A stretch of 64,000 nt of DNA from an uncultured delta proteobacterium. Lineage in GTDB: Bacteria > Myxococcota_A > Polyangia > Haliangiales > Haliangiaceae. The first letter of the stretch is position 1. Every line of letters begins with the position of its first letter. Positions 12,796 to 28,701 of the stretch are shown here, piece by piece. The translations under genes were made by a program, and so were the position numbers. Location: positions 64,001 through 128,000 of the forward strand of contig CAVUQH010000003.1 in NCBI GenBank assembly GCA_963743525.1, written 5' to 3'. The notes below the pieces were generated by a model. It did not search any database. It was given only the letters and a program-made list of their open reading frames with translations, and was not told where the DNA came from.

Positions 12796-13302
12796 TCACT
12801 CGGCGCGCGCGCGCTCCGGAGCGTCGGCTTCCGGAATCACCACGACGTGGCGGTCGTCGCCCTCGCCGTCGCTGCGCGTGCTCAGCCCACCGATCTCGGC
12901 GATCGTCATGTGGATGATCCGCCGGTCGTGGGCCGACATCGGGTTGAGCTTGACCTCGGTGCCGGTCTCGCGCGCCTTGTCGCCCATCCGCTGCGCCAGC
13001 GACTGCAGCCGCTCCACGTGCTTGGCGCGATAGCCGCCGGCATCGACGATGATCGGCTTCGACCTCTCGGTGCGCGACTTCGCCACCACCTTGCCCACCA
13101 GGTGCTGGAGCGCGTCCACCACCTGGCCGCGGCGGCCGATGATCCGCTCGACATCGTCACATTGGACGTCGAGCACCACCTTGTCGTCCTCTTCGGAGAC
13201 GGCGATCTCGGCTTCGATGTCCATGCGCTCGAGCATTCCCGACAGGAACTCGCGCGCGATCTCGATGACGTCCTTCTCGCTCTTCTCTTCGGTCGCAGTC
13301 AC
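12796..13302 (-). CDS. jag: Jag/KhpB-like RNA-binding protein (KH + R3H)
   Basis: [13 protein letters not shown] (KH) and [11 protein letters not shown] (R3H), located between yidC and mnmE. Confidence 0.9.
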   Translation of the reverse strand: MTATEEKSEKDVIEIAREFLSGMLERMDIEAEIAVSEEDDKVVLDVQCDDVERIIGRRGQVVDALQHLVGKVVAKSRTERSKPIIVDAGGYRAKHVERLQSLAQRMGDKARETGTEVKLNPMSAHDRRIIHMTIAEIGGLSTRSDGEGDDRHVVVIPEADAPERARAE

Positions 13303-13339
13303 GTTCGACCCTCCGTAAACAGCAGGGCGCGGTCAGCGC

Positions 13340-15271
13340 CTACCGCTTCTTCTTCTTGCCTTTGCCCGACCCGCTCTTCTTGCGCGTGCCGGACTTGGAC
13401 GACTTTCCGCCGTCTGACTTACCGGCGCCGCCCATCGGCTCGCCGCCAAAACCTTTGTCTTCGTCCGCGTCATCCTTGGACGCTGCCGCCTTGCGCCCGG
13501 AGGTCGCAGCCGCCGCCGCAACCTTGGCGCCGGGGCCATCGTGCTCGCCGCGGCGCAGCCACAGGTGGTGCAGGGCGGTGAGGAACGTGTTGGTGAAGAT
13601 GTACAGCGTCAGGCCGGCGGGGAAGAAGAAGCCGAACACGCCGAACACCATCGGCAGGCCGTACTGCATCATCTTCTGCTGCATCGAGTCCGCGGTGGAC
13701 GGCGTCAGCTTGGCCTGCACGAACATCATGCCCATGAGCAGCACGGGCAGCACGTAGTAGTGATCCGGAGCGGTCAGGTCGTTGATCCAGCCGGGGATGA
13801 ACGGCGCCTGGAACAGCTCGGCGGCCACGCGCAGCGTCTGGTACAGCGCGATCCAGATCGGCATCTGCAGGACCATCGGCAGGCAGCCCGACAGCGGGTT
13901 GACACCATGGGCCTTGTACAGACCCATGATCTCTACCTGTGCCTTTTGCCGGTCGTCCTTGTACTTCTTCTGGATCTCCTCGACCTTGGGCTTCAGCTTC
14001 GACATCTCGCGCATCGACCGCATGGACTTGTTGGTCCAGTACAGCGTCGCGAGCTTGACGAAGACCGTCAGCAGGATGATGGCGATGCCCCAGTTGATGA
14101 CCACGCTGTGGAACGTGCGCAGCAGCCACAGCAGCGGGCGGGCGATGAAGCCGAACCAGCCCAGGTTGACCGAGTCCTCGAACCCGGTGTCCCAGCCGGC
14201 GACCTTGTTGATGTCGTCGAGCTTGCCCAGATATTTGGGACCGATGAAGACCGCCAGGTGGCGGGCGTAGAACTGCCCCTGCTCGAGCACCTTCGGCGGC
14301 CCGAGCGTGACCTTGACCTGCATCGTGCCCTTGGGCGCGCCCTCGACCGACGAGGCCACACACGTGGACTGCGAGTCGATGTCTTCCTTGATGGCGAAGC
14401 CGTTGAGGAAGTAGGCGTGGACCGTGCCGGCCCAGCGAACCCGACCCTCGTACTTCTGCGCGCCCTTGTCGCGCAGGTAGCTGGCACTGTTGGTGTGCAG
14501 CTTGCTGCCCATGAAGCAGGCCGTGCGCCACGAGCGATCGACGCGGGACAACCGGCCGTTGCCCTTGAAGCCGGGATCCTGGAAGCCGAACGACGAGATC
14601 GTGAGCTGCTGCTTGGACTGCCCCGGTGACAGCTTCTTGACCTCGATGGTCAGCATCACCAGGTACTCGTCCGGGTCGATCACGTAGCGCTTGCGCACCT
14701 GGAGGTCCTTGGACCGCCACACGAAATCGACGCCGGTGGGGGTCTTCTTCTCGACCTCCCAGTCGGTCTCCTTGGGAATGACGTGACTGGTGACGCCGGC
14801 GACCGGCTCGAAACCGATCACCAGCGGGTACAAGTCACCGTGGGCCTCGCCGAAGGCGCCGGTCGGGACCAGGTTGATCTGGCCGCCGTGCTCGTGATCC
14901 TCGAACCGCTCGCCCTCCAGCGTCCACGACTCGAGCGCAGCACCGTGCGAGGTGAAGACGGCGTGGAAGGTGGGAAAGTCGAACTCGACCTTCTGCGCCG
15001 GACCACGCGGAGCCTCGGGCGCCGGCTCGGCGGCCGCCTCGCCGGGCGTCTGTCCCGGCGCGTTCTCGGTCGGCGCCGTGGGCTCCTCGGCCTTGTCGGG
15101 AGTCGGTGCCGGACCGCCCTTGTCAGGCGTGGCCTGCTCGGCGGTCTCGTCCTTCTTCGCGGTCTCCTCCTTCTTGTCCCCCTTCTTGGGCGGAAAGATG
15201 AGCGACCACGCCATCATGATGCCAAAGGCAATCGCGACCGCGAGGAGCAGCCGCTTACCCTGGTCTTCCAT
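13340..15271 (-). CDS. yidC: Membrane protein insertase
   Basis: N-terminal TM, periplasmic domain, [38 protein letters not shown]. Confidence 0.97.
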   Translation of the reverse strand: MEDQGKRLLLAVAIAFGIMMAWSLIFPPKKGDKKEETAKKDETAEQATPDKGGPAPTPDKAEEPTAPTENAPGQTPGEAAAEPAPEAPRGPAQKVEFDFPTFHAVFTSHGAALESWTLEGERFEDHEHGGQINLVPTGAFGEAHGDLYPLVIGFEPVAGVTSHVIPKETDWEVEKKTPTGVDFVWRSKDLQVRKRYVIDPDEYLVMLTIEVKKLSPGQSKQQLTISSFGFQDPGFKGNGRLSRVDRSWRTACFMGSKLHTNSASYLRDKGAQKYEGRVRWAGTVHAYFLNGFAIKEDIDSQSTCVASSVEGAPKGTMQVKVTLGPPKVLEQGQFYARHLAVFIGPKYLGKLDDINKVAGWDTGFEDSVNLGWFGFIARPLLWLLRTFHSVVINWGIAIILLTVFVKLATLYWTNKSMRSMREMSKLKPKVEEIQKKYKDDRQKAQVEIMGLYKAHGVNPLSGCLPMVLQMPIWIALYQTLRVAAELFQAPFIPGWINDLTAPDHYYVLPVLLMGMMFVQAKLTPSTADSMQQKMMQYGLPMVFGVFGFFFPAGLTLYIFTNTFLTALHHLWLRRGEHDGPGAKVAAAAATSGRKAAASKDDADEDKGFGGEPMGGAGKSDGGKSSKSGTRKKSGSGKGKKKKR

Positions 15272-15519
15272 CAGCTACTCCTCGACTTCTCGACCGGGTC
15301 GTAGCCACCCTTGCAGAACGGGTGACATCGAAGCAGGCGCCACAGCGCCATGAGTGATCCGCGGAACACGCCGCGCCGCTCGACCGCCTCGATGGCGTAG
15401 CACGAGCAGGTCGGCACGAACCGACAGGTAGGCATTGGCTTCAGCGGCGAGACGACGCGCTGATAGAGGCGAATCGGCGCGATGACGACGCGGCGCGCGA
15501 GCTTCTTCAGTGCGCCCAC
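15271..15519 (-). CDS. yidD: Membrane protein insertion efficiency factor
   Basis: [28 protein letters not shown]. Confidence 0.95.
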   Translation of the reverse strand: MGALKKLARRVVIAPIRLYQRVVSPLKPMPTCRFVPTCSCYAIEAVERRGVFRGSLMALWRLLRCHPFCKGGYDPVEKSRSS

Positions 15520-15866
15520 AGTCGTCCTTCGAGCCGCCGCAAGTTGACGCTGACATCGTGCAAGCCGCGCAGCTCGCTGGCATTGCGCTTGGCGATCACG
15601 ACCACGTCAACGTCGGCCGGCACCCAGCCGGGTGTCGTGCGCGCGAACTCGCGCACCAACCGCTTGATGCGGTTCCTCACCACGGCGGTGCCGACTTTTT
15701 TGCTCACGGTGATTCCCAGGCGCCCGCCGGTGTCGCTCGTTTCGGCGCGCGGCGCGGCGAGCACCAGGAAGTGTCGCGCGTGCAGCTTGCGCCGGTCGGG
15801 GTGACTCTGCACCGCGAGGAACTCGCGGCGCTTCCGGAGCCGTGCACTCTTTCGCCACGGAAGCAT
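15507..15866 (-). CDS. rnpA: Ribonuclease P protein component
   Basis: [29 protein letters not shown]. Start set to ATG 15866. Confidence 0.93.
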   Translation of the reverse strand: MLPWRKSARLRKRREFLAVQSHPDRRKLHARHFLVLAAPRAETSDTGGRLGITVSKKVGTAVVRNRIKRLVREFARTTPGWVPADVDVVVIAKRNASELRGLHDVSVNLRRLEGRLWAH

Positions 15867-15897
15867 CAGAGCGCCGACCACCGGACGGTGCCGCCGG

Positions 15898-16047
15898 CTA
15901 CTTCTTGCCGATCGAAACCGACAAGCGCTTGCGCCCCTTGAGACGGCGGCGCTTGAGGACGAGCCGGCCTGCGCGGGTGCGCATCCGGGCGCGGAAGCCA
16001 TGGGTGCGTTTCCGGCTTTTATTATGCGGTTGGTACGTTCTCTTCAC
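15898..16047 (-). CDS. rpmH: 50S ribosomal protein L34
   Basis: MKRTYQP...[11 protein letters not shown], from GTG 16047. Confidence 0.97.
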   Translation of the reverse strand: MKRTYQPHNKSRKRTHGFRARMRTRAGRLVLKRRRLKGRKRLSVSIGKK

Positions 16048-16075
16048 GATAGAGCTCCGGCTAGCGGGACGTGGA

Positions 16076-16104
16076 TCGATAGCGGACCCCCCGAAGGGTG
16101 TCAA
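16076..16104 (-). promoter_or_regulatory. Putative sigma70 promoter of the rpmH operon
   Basis: TTGACA-17 bp-TATCGA on the minus strand, about 30 bp upstream of rpmH. Confidence 0.55.
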
Positions 16105-16385
16105 GACTCCATACCGTGCTCGTGAACGATTCCCCGATTGCCCGGTTGACGGCCGCCGCCGCCCCCGCGCTGCCTGCACCGTCCCTACCGTTCCCTACAT
16201 CCATAGATCCCGAGCCGCCAAAACCGCCACTCCCGACAGGGTTTGCCCAGGAGTGTGGCGAAATCATGGCAGTCACGACATGAAGCGATCGCGCAAAAGC
16301 CCGGGGCGTGGGCCCCAGCCGGATCGATCGGGCGCAAACCCGCGCCGCGCGCGGGCTAGGCGCATCGACGCCTTTCGTTCTGCGA

Positions 16386-16792
16386 TTTTCCACACGATTC
16401 CGGTGTAATCCGGACATCAAATCACAGGTCCGCGAAATCCTCTTCGCACGGGTCAAATTTTCCTTCTCGCGGGAGCGAAGTGAGATCAAAAGGTTCCGAA
16501 TTAATGCCTTTTTTGGTCTTGCCTGTCACTTTCGCGCTCTGCTAGGTACACGGACTCGCAGCAACCAACGCGGGGCGCGCGACCGCCCGTTTCCGCAGGT
16601 GCGACGACCGGCCGAGGTGGGGTGACATGGGGACCGGGCGCCGACGAGGGGGTCGTGTGCGCTGCGCGGAGAATACGTGTGTCTTGGGGGAATCAGGGTG
16701 TCGTCTTGCCCACAACGGTTTCGTTTGCGAAACCGCGCGGGATTACACCTGTTCTCGGCACGTGTTCACAGCTTGTTGCGCCCTGTGGACAA
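16386..16792. promoter_or_regulatory. DnaA-box cluster upstream of dnaA
   Basis: TTTTCCACA 16386, TTGCCCACA 16706, GTGTTCACA 16762, TGTGGACAA (= TTGTCCACA) 16784. Confidence 0.6.
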
Positions 16793-16856
16793 CGCGGGCG
16801 AAGCCGCTGGCTCGCCCACCCCTGCATTTCCCGAACGCCCCCTGGAGGCAGTGTAA

Positions 16857-18320
<1,464 letters not shown>

Positions 18321-18470
18321 GACGCGCCACATTCGGCCATCCGCGAGTCAGAGCGCCGTGGTACACCGCGTCCTACGGGACGCGTGTGTCCGCATTTTCG
18401 GCCCCGGACAGCACGTCTCAGCCTGAGGACATCTCTGTGTGTGACCATGTCGGTAAGCCTGCGTGCGTGT

Positions 18471-18650
18471 GGTGGACAAATCGACACCGGAACTTGTCCG
18501 AATCGATCCGCAGGGTGGCGCACCGCCCCATCATTCGTTGAGCGACGCGCAAGCCACCGACATCAAAAGGGATACCGGCATTCATCCACAAACCCACAGT
18601 CCCTACTGATCCCACTAACCTTTTTAAACTAAATAAGAGATCAATAGAGA
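18471..18650 (+). other. oriC unwinding region (tandem DnaA boxes, DnaA-trio-like tract, AT-rich element)
   Basis: TCATCCACA-AACCCACA-GTCC-CTACTGATCCCACTA-ACC-TTTTTAAACTAAATAAGAG in the dnaA-dnaN gap, plus a further box GGTGGACAA at 18471. Confidence 0.75.
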
Positions 18651-18692
18651 CTGACCACCCGACCGGTCCGGCCCAACCACGAGAACGACGCC

Positions 18693-19790
18693 ATGGAATT
18701 CCAGATCGACAAGCAAGAGTTCCTCCGCGGCCTGCGGATCGCCCAGAGCATCGCTGACCGCAAGAGCACGATGCCGATGCTGGCGAACGTCCTCCTCCAC
18801 GCGGCGGGCAAGGACAAGCTCCTGGTCGCCGCCACCGACCTCAACGTCTCGGTGTCGGCCGAGCTGTCGAGCAGCAACGCGCAACCCGGCGGGCTCACCC
18901 TCGGGGCCAAGGCGTTGTTCGACATCGTCAACAACATGCCGGCCGAGAAGATCACGCTGCGGCGGGCCGACAACAACTGGGCGGTCATCGAGTCGGGCAA
19001 GGTCAGCTACCGGCTGGTCGGCATGCCCGACCGCGACTTCCCCAAGATCCCCGAGCACCGCGAAGCCGACTACACCGACATCGACGCCGCTGTGCTGCGC
19101 GAGATGATCGACCGGACGCTGTTCTCGGTGTCGAGCGACGAGACCCGCTTCCACCTCAACGGCGTGCTGTTCGAGTCCGACGGCAAGACCTGCCGCATGG
19201 TCTCCACCGATGGCCACCGGCTGGCCAAGATCGAGCGCGACGTCAACGGCGCACCCACGCTCAGCGCCGGCGTCATCATCCCCAAGAAGGGCGTCAGCGA
19301 GATCAAGCGCATCCTCGACGGCGTGGCGACCTGCCGGGTGGCGATCAAGAGCCCGTACATCTTCGTCACCGCGGGAACGCTCACTCTCGCGGTCAAGCTC
19401 ATCGAATCGATGTTCCCGCCCTACGACCAGGTCATCCCCAAGGAGCACGAGCGCCGCGTCGTGGTCGACCGGATGCTGTTGCTCGACGCGCTCAAGCGCG
19501 CGCAGCTGATGTCGTCGGAGACCCGAGGGGTCAAGTTCAGCGCCAGCGAGGGCTCTCTGGTCATCACCAGCGACAACCCGGACGTCGGCGAGGTTCGCGA
19601 GGAGCTCGACGCCGAGCTGTCCGGCGACCCGGTCTCCATCGGCTTCAACGGCAAGTACGTGGTTGACTTTCTGTCGGCCATCACCTCCGACCAGGTGGTG
19701 CTCGAGCTCAAGGGCGAGCTCGACCCCGGCCTGATCCGCCCGGTCTCTGGCGAGAACTACCTGGGCGTGGTCATGCCGATGCGCATCTGA
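18693..19790 (+). CDS. dnaN: DNA polymerase III beta clamp
   Basis: ATDL, STDGHRLA, FPPYDQVIP, IGFNGKY, C-terminal VMPMRI. Confidence 0.98.
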   Translation: MEFQIDKQEFLRGLRIAQSIADRKSTMPMLANVLLHAAGKDKLLVAATDLNVSVSAELSSSNAQPGGLTLGAKALFDIVNNMPAEKITLRRADNNWAVIESGKVSYRLVGMPDRDFPKIPEHREADYTDIDAAVLREMIDRTLFSVSSDETRFHLNGVLFESDGKTCRMVSTDGHRLAKIERDVNGAPTLSAGVIIPKKGVSEIKRILDGVATCRVAIKSPYIFVTAGTLTLAVKLIESMFPPYDQVIPKEHERRVVVDRMLLLDALKRAQLMSSETRGVKFSASEGSLVITSDNPDVGEVREELDAELSGDPVSIGFNGKYVVDFLSAITSDQVVLELKGELDPGLIRPVSGENYLGVVMPMRI

Positions 19791-19794
19791 CCGG

Positions 19795-20910
19795 GTGAAG
19801 CTCCTCGCGCTCGAGCTCCGCAACGTCCGCAACCTCGAACCCCTGGCGCTCGAGCCCGGTCCGCGGTTCAACGTATTCTCCGGAGACAACGGCCAGGGCA
19901 AGACCAACTTGCTCGAGGCGGTCTACGTCGCCGGCACGCTGCGCTCGTTTCGCACGGCGCGGCTGGCCGAGCTGATCGCCTTCGGCGCCACCGAGGCCCG
20001 GGTCGCGGCCCGCGTCGAGCGCGGCGGCCTCGAGCGGGTCTGCGAGGTCACGCTGCGCGAGCGCAGCCGCGTGGTCCGGCTCGACGGCAAGACGGTCCGG
20101 CCCATCTCGCGCTACTTCGGCGAGTTCAATACGGTCCTGTTCGCGCCCGAAGACCTGCAAATCCCGCGGTCCAGCCCGCGCGAGCGGCGGCGGTTCCTCG
20201 ACCGGGCGGTGTTCCACCGGCAACCGCGCTATCTCGACCAGGCCCGCGCCTACGACAAGGTGGTCAAGAGCCGCAACGCGCTGCTGCGCAAGGCCGAGGG
20301 CCGGCCGGCTCCCAGCCAGCGCGACCTGCTCGAGGTCTACGACCAGCAGCTTGCCCGCCACGGAGCGGAGGTGGTGGCCGCTCGCCGCGCATTCCTGGGC
20401 GAGCTCCTGCCCCGGTTCGCCGCCGCCTTCGAGGCCATCACCCAGGCCCAGCTCGAGGGCGGCATCCGCTACCTCAGCGCCGACGACCTGCCCGACGATC
20501 CGGACGCGGTCGAGGCCGCTCTGCTGGCCGCCATCGCCGCCGCCCGCCGCGCCGACCTGGTCCGCCAGGTGACCACGGTCGGGCCCCACCGGGACGACCT
20601 GGAGCTGCTGCTGGACGGTCGGGCCGCGGCCTCGTTTGCCTCGCAGGGGCAGCTGCGCGCGCTGGTCCTGGCGTGGAAGACCGCCGAGATGGACCTGCTC
20701 GAACAGACCCACGGCGAGCCGCCGATTCTGTTGCTCGATGACGTGTCGTCGGAGCTCGATCCGACCAGGAACGAGTATCTATTCGAATTTCTTAGACAAA
20801 GACGCGGCCAGTGCATGATTACGACGACCCATTCCAAGCATGTTTTGCTGACCGCGGATCGGGTCGATTGGAGCGTCTCCGCGGGCACAATAACTAACGG
20901 TAATCCTTAG
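19795..20910 (+). CDS. recF: DNA replication/repair protein RecF
   Basis: GDNGQGKTNLLEA, GPHRDDL, ASQGQ, LLLDDVSSELD. Confidence 0.98.
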   Translation: MKLLALELRNVRNLEPLALEPGPRFNVFSGDNGQGKTNLLEAVYVAGTLRSFRTARLAELIAFGATEARVAARVERGGLERVCEVTLRERSRVVRLDGKTVRPISRYFGEFNTVLFAPEDLQIPRSSPRERRRFLDRAVFHRQPRYLDQARAYDKVVKSRNALLRKAEGRPAPSQRDLLEVYDQQLARHGAEVVAARRAFLGELLPRFAAAFEAITQAQLEGGIRYLSADDLPDDPDAVEAALLAAIAAARRADLVRQVTTVGPHRDDLELLLDGRAAASFASQGQLRALVLAWKTAEMDLLEQTHGEPPILLLDDVSSELDPTRNEYLFEFLRQRRGQCMITTTHSKHVLLTADRVDWSVSAGTITNGNP

Positions 20911-20928
20911 GGTTTTCTGCACCGATAA

Positions 20929-24437
<3,509 letters not shown>

Positions 24438-24484
24438 CCCGGCCGGCCTTCGTTCGCGGGGTCGAGCTCGCGGCCAGTGCGGCC

Positions 24485-24609
24485 GGCCGCGAAGATCGGC
24501 TCAGGCGGCGGCGGCCGCGAAGATCGGCTTAGGCCGCCGCGGCCGCGAAGATCGGCTCAGGCCGCCGCGGCCGCGAAGATCGGCTCAGGCGGCGGCGGCC
24601 GCGAAGATC
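24485..24609 (-). repeat. 28-bp tandem repeat (about 4.5 copies) containing the carD/cdnL stop codon
   Basis: ggccgcgaagatc starts at 24485, 24513, 24541, 24569 and 24597. Confidence 0.95.
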
Positions 24610-25082
24610 TGATCGATCTCGGCGGCGACGTCGTTCTCGCTGGCCTGCTTGGCCAGGGCGAGCTCGCGAATGAGCAGCCCGCGGGCGGTCTCGAGCATCC
24701 GGCGCTCGCCGAAGCTGAGATCCTTGGTGTTGCGGAGCAGGCACAGGTCGCGCAGCACCTCGGCGATTTCGTAGGCGCTGCCGGTCTTGATCTTCTCCAT
24801 GTACTCCCGGTGGCGCCGGTTCCAGGTCTGCGTGTCCCGGGTCACTTCCTTGGACCGCAGGATGTCGTAGACCTCAGCCACCTCGTCCCCGGAGATGATC
24901 TCGCGCAGGCCCACGGTGTCGGCGTTTGCCGTCGGCACCATGATCGTGAGCCCAGACTCGAGGATCTTCAGGATGTACACGCTGGTCGCCGAACCGCCGA
25001 TCTCGCGTTTTTCCAGGGCCACGACCTCTGCCACGCCGTGGACTGGGTAGACCGCCTTGTCGCCGACCTCAAATGCTTCCAT
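24585..25082 (-). CDS. cdnL: CarD/CdnL family RNA polymerase-binding regulator (CdnL-like, no HMGA tail)
   Basis: FEVGDKAVYPVHGV, TWNRRHREY, LSFGERRML; 165 aa. Confidence 0.9.
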   Translation of the reverse strand: MEAFEVGDKAVYPVHGVAEVVALEKREIGGSATSVYILKILESGLTIMVPTANADTVGLREIISGDEVAEVYDILRSKEVTRDTQTWNRRHREYMEKIKTGSAYEIAEVLRDLCLLRNTKDLSFGERRMLETARGLLIRELALAKQASENDVAAEIDQIFAAAAA

Positions 25083-25125
25083 TCAGCTATCCGCTCCTGG
25101 GGCGAGCGCGAGTGCCCGCTTCCGA

Positions 25126-25154
25126 AGCGTACCAGACCGCCCCTCACCTGTCAA
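25126..25154 (-). promoter_or_regulatory. Sigma70 promoter of cdnL
   Basis: TTGACA-17 bp-TACGCT on the minus strand. Confidence 0.7.
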
Positions 25155-25210
25155 ACAGTGGCAGGGTCTAAGTGCCTGGAAACACTCGAAATCGGGCTAG
25201 ACCCGCTGCG

Positions 25211-26725
<1,515 letters not shown>

Positions 26726-26813
26726 GTCCGCCTCAAAACAGCTTGAAATGTTGGCAGGTTATATATGGAGCCCGGTTCGCTTGTAAAGCGCCGGCCGAAG
26801 CAAACCGGGCCGA

Positions 26814-26843
26814 TTGACACCGGTTCGGAGGCTCAACTAGTCT
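26814..26843 (+). promoter_or_regulatory. Sigma70 promoter of the small basic protein gene
   Basis: TTGACA (26814)-18 bp-TAGTCT (26838). Confidence 0.6.
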
Positions 26844-26894
26844 GATCGGGTCGCCCTTGGGGAAGGCGGTTCCGAGGGCGGGGAGGAGAACGGT

Positions 26895-27047
26895 ATGGCA
26901 CCGAAGAAGGGCGCCCGCGGCAAGCGGAGCGAGCAGACGACCACCACCGGGCGCGCCGCCCCCAAGCGGACGCGCAAGAAGACGCGGCGACAGCCGCCGC
27001 GCATCAAGGGCGAGCTGCCCGAGCCGATCGCGACGTTCGTTTTCTAG
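26895..27047 (+). CDS. Small Lys/Arg-rich hypothetical protein (50 aa)
   Basis: MAPKKGARGKRSEQTTTTGRAAPKRTRKKTRRQPPRIKGELPEPIATFVF; GGAGGAG RBS at 26882, GC-rich third positions, fills an otherwise empty gap. Below the ORF-track size cutoff. Confidence 0.75.
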   Translation: MAPKKGARGKRSEQTTTTGRAAPKRTRKKTRRQPPRIKGELPEPIATFVF

Positions 27048-27059
27048 CGTTTCAGCAGG

Positions 27060-27830
27060 TTAGCCGGCGCTCGTCACCAGCTGGCGGAAGCGGGAGGCGT
27101 CGTGTCCCCGCTCCGGCGTGGCGAACACGGCCCACACCCGCTGTCGGCCGAGGCAGGCGTCGGCCAGCTCTTCGAGCTTGTCCACAGCGAGGGCGCCGGT
27201 CGCGCCCAGCCCGCGGATGCGGAAGTAGGAGCGCTCGGCCTCGGGCAGCGGCGGCGGGATGTCCAGCGTCGGATCCGACTCCAGCGGATCGAACGCCAGC
27301 ACCACGTCGAGCTCGTCGGCCAACGTCTGGGCGGCCTGCGGCTGCCACAACCCGCCCGGCTCCCATACCCGCACCGCGCCGGCGAACGTCTCGGCAGGCG
27401 CCAGCTCGGAGAAGAAGCGGCGCAACAGGTCGCGGTTGGCCTCCGACGGCGACATGTCGTCGGGAGTGCGGAAGACCACCGTCTCGGCGCCCACCACTGC
27501 CGCCGCGGCCGCGACCTGGGCCACGGCATCGCGTACCACCGGGGTATCGCGCAGACCACCGGCCTGCGCCAGCGCGGCGGCGTCGAGCGCGTCGCCCAGC
27601 CGCGGATAACCGCGCGGTCCCGGGCGATGCGTGATCACCTGCCACGCGACGATGCCGAAGCCGAAGCCGTCGGGCGCGCCCCGCGCGCGTTTGCGCAGCG
27701 CCGCTTCGCCCGGCACCCGGTAGAACGTGTCGGCCAGCTCGAGGTAGTCGAGCGCGGCCATGTACTTCGCCGGCGATACTCCCGGCGGAATCGCGGGACA
27801 TCCCACGCGAATCATCGGCTCATCGGGCAT
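27060..27830 (-). CDS. DUF72 domain protein
   Basis: IRVGC, LELADTFYRVP, WQVITH, VFRTP, WEP, YFRIRG. Confidence 0.85.
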   Translation of the reverse strand: MPDEPMIRVGCPAIPPGVSPAKYMAALDYLELADTFYRVPGEAALRKRARGAPDGFGFGIVAWQVITHRPGPRGYPRLGDALDAAALAQAGGLRDTPVVRDAVAQVAAAAAVVGAETVVFRTPDDMSPSEANRDLLRRFFSELAPAETFAGAVRVWEPGGLWQPQAAQTLADELDVVLAFDPLESDPTLDIPPPLPEAERSYFRIRGLGATGALAVDKLEELADACLGRQRVWAVFATPERGHDASRFRQLVTSAG

Positions 27831-27868
27831 CGATTGACTCCCCGGTTTCGGCTGCGTAGGCTCTCGGT

Positions 27869-28060
27869 ATGCAACCGGCAGAGCTCCAACGCGAGCTCGC
27901 GCGGTTGGCCGCGCTGGCGGCCTCTGCGCGGCGCTCCATCGAGGAGCTAGGCGAGGTCGTGAAAGGGCTGGAGCAGTCCATCGAAGAGCTGGGCTCGCAA
28001 ACAGCCGTCGAACCTACGTCCACCCCCGGGGTGGTGCAAGCAGAGGTCGCTTCCAAATGA
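27869..28060 (+). CDS. Small coiled-coil hypothetical protein (63 aa)
   Basis: Heptad-like Leu/Glu pattern; TTGACT-17-TAGGCT promoter ends 6 nt before the ATG; ATGA overlap with transaldolase. Confidence 0.55.
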   Translation: MQPAELQRELARLAALAASARRSIEELGEVVKGLEQSIEELGSQTAVEPTSTPGVVQAEVASK

Positions 28061-28701
28061 AATTCTTCATCGATACCGCTGACATCGGCGAAATCAAAGA
28101 CGCTGCCTCGATGGGCATCATCGATGGCGTCACCACCAACCCGTCGCTGGTCGCCAAGACCGGCCGCAAGTTCCGCGACGTGCTGCTCGAGATCTGCGAC
28201 GTGGTCAAGGGCCCGGTCTCGGCAGAGGTCGTGTCGATCACCGCCGAGGAGATGATGAAAGAGGCGCGCGAGCTGTCCGGCCTGCGCGAGAACATCGTCG
28301 TCAAGATCCCGCTTCTGGCCGAGGGGCTCAAGGCGGTGCGCCAGTGCACCGAAGAGGGCATCAAGACCAACGTCACCCTCTGCTTCAGCCCGACCCAGGC
28401 GCTGCTGGCGGCCAAGGCCGGCGCGACCTACATCTCGCCGTTCGTCGGCCGCATCGACGACATCTCCGACGAGGGGATGGAGGTCGTCGCCGACATCCTG
28501 CAGATCTATCAGAACTACGGCTACGAGACCCAGGTCCTGGTCGCGTCGGTGCGCCACCCGGTGCACATCCTCCAGGCCGCGCGTCTCGGTGCCCACGTCG
28601 CCACCTGTCCGCACAAGGTGTTGCTGCAGCTGTCCAAGCACCCGCTCACCGACATCGGGCTGAAGAAGTTCCTCGACGACTGGAAGAAGGTCCCGCAGTA
28701 G
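28057..28701 (+). CDS. tal: Transaldolase / fructose-6-phosphate aldolase family
   Basis: [42 protein letters not shown]. Confidence 0.93.
   Translation: MKFFIDTADIGEIKDAASMGIIDGVTTNPSLVAKTGRKFRDVLLEICDVVKGPVSAEVVSITAEEMMKEARELSGLRENIVVKIPLLAEGLKAVRQCTEEGIKTNVTLCFSPTQALLAAKAGATYISPFVGRIDDISDEGMEVVADILQIYQNYGYETQVLVASVRHPVHILQAARLGAHVATCPHKVLLQLSKHPLTDIGLKKFLDDWKKVPQ

Noticed and set aside
16061..16489. 142-aa ORF in the rpmH-dnaA gap
   Set aside because: Atypical codon usage, no motifs, and it overlaps the rpmH promoter and a DnaA box.
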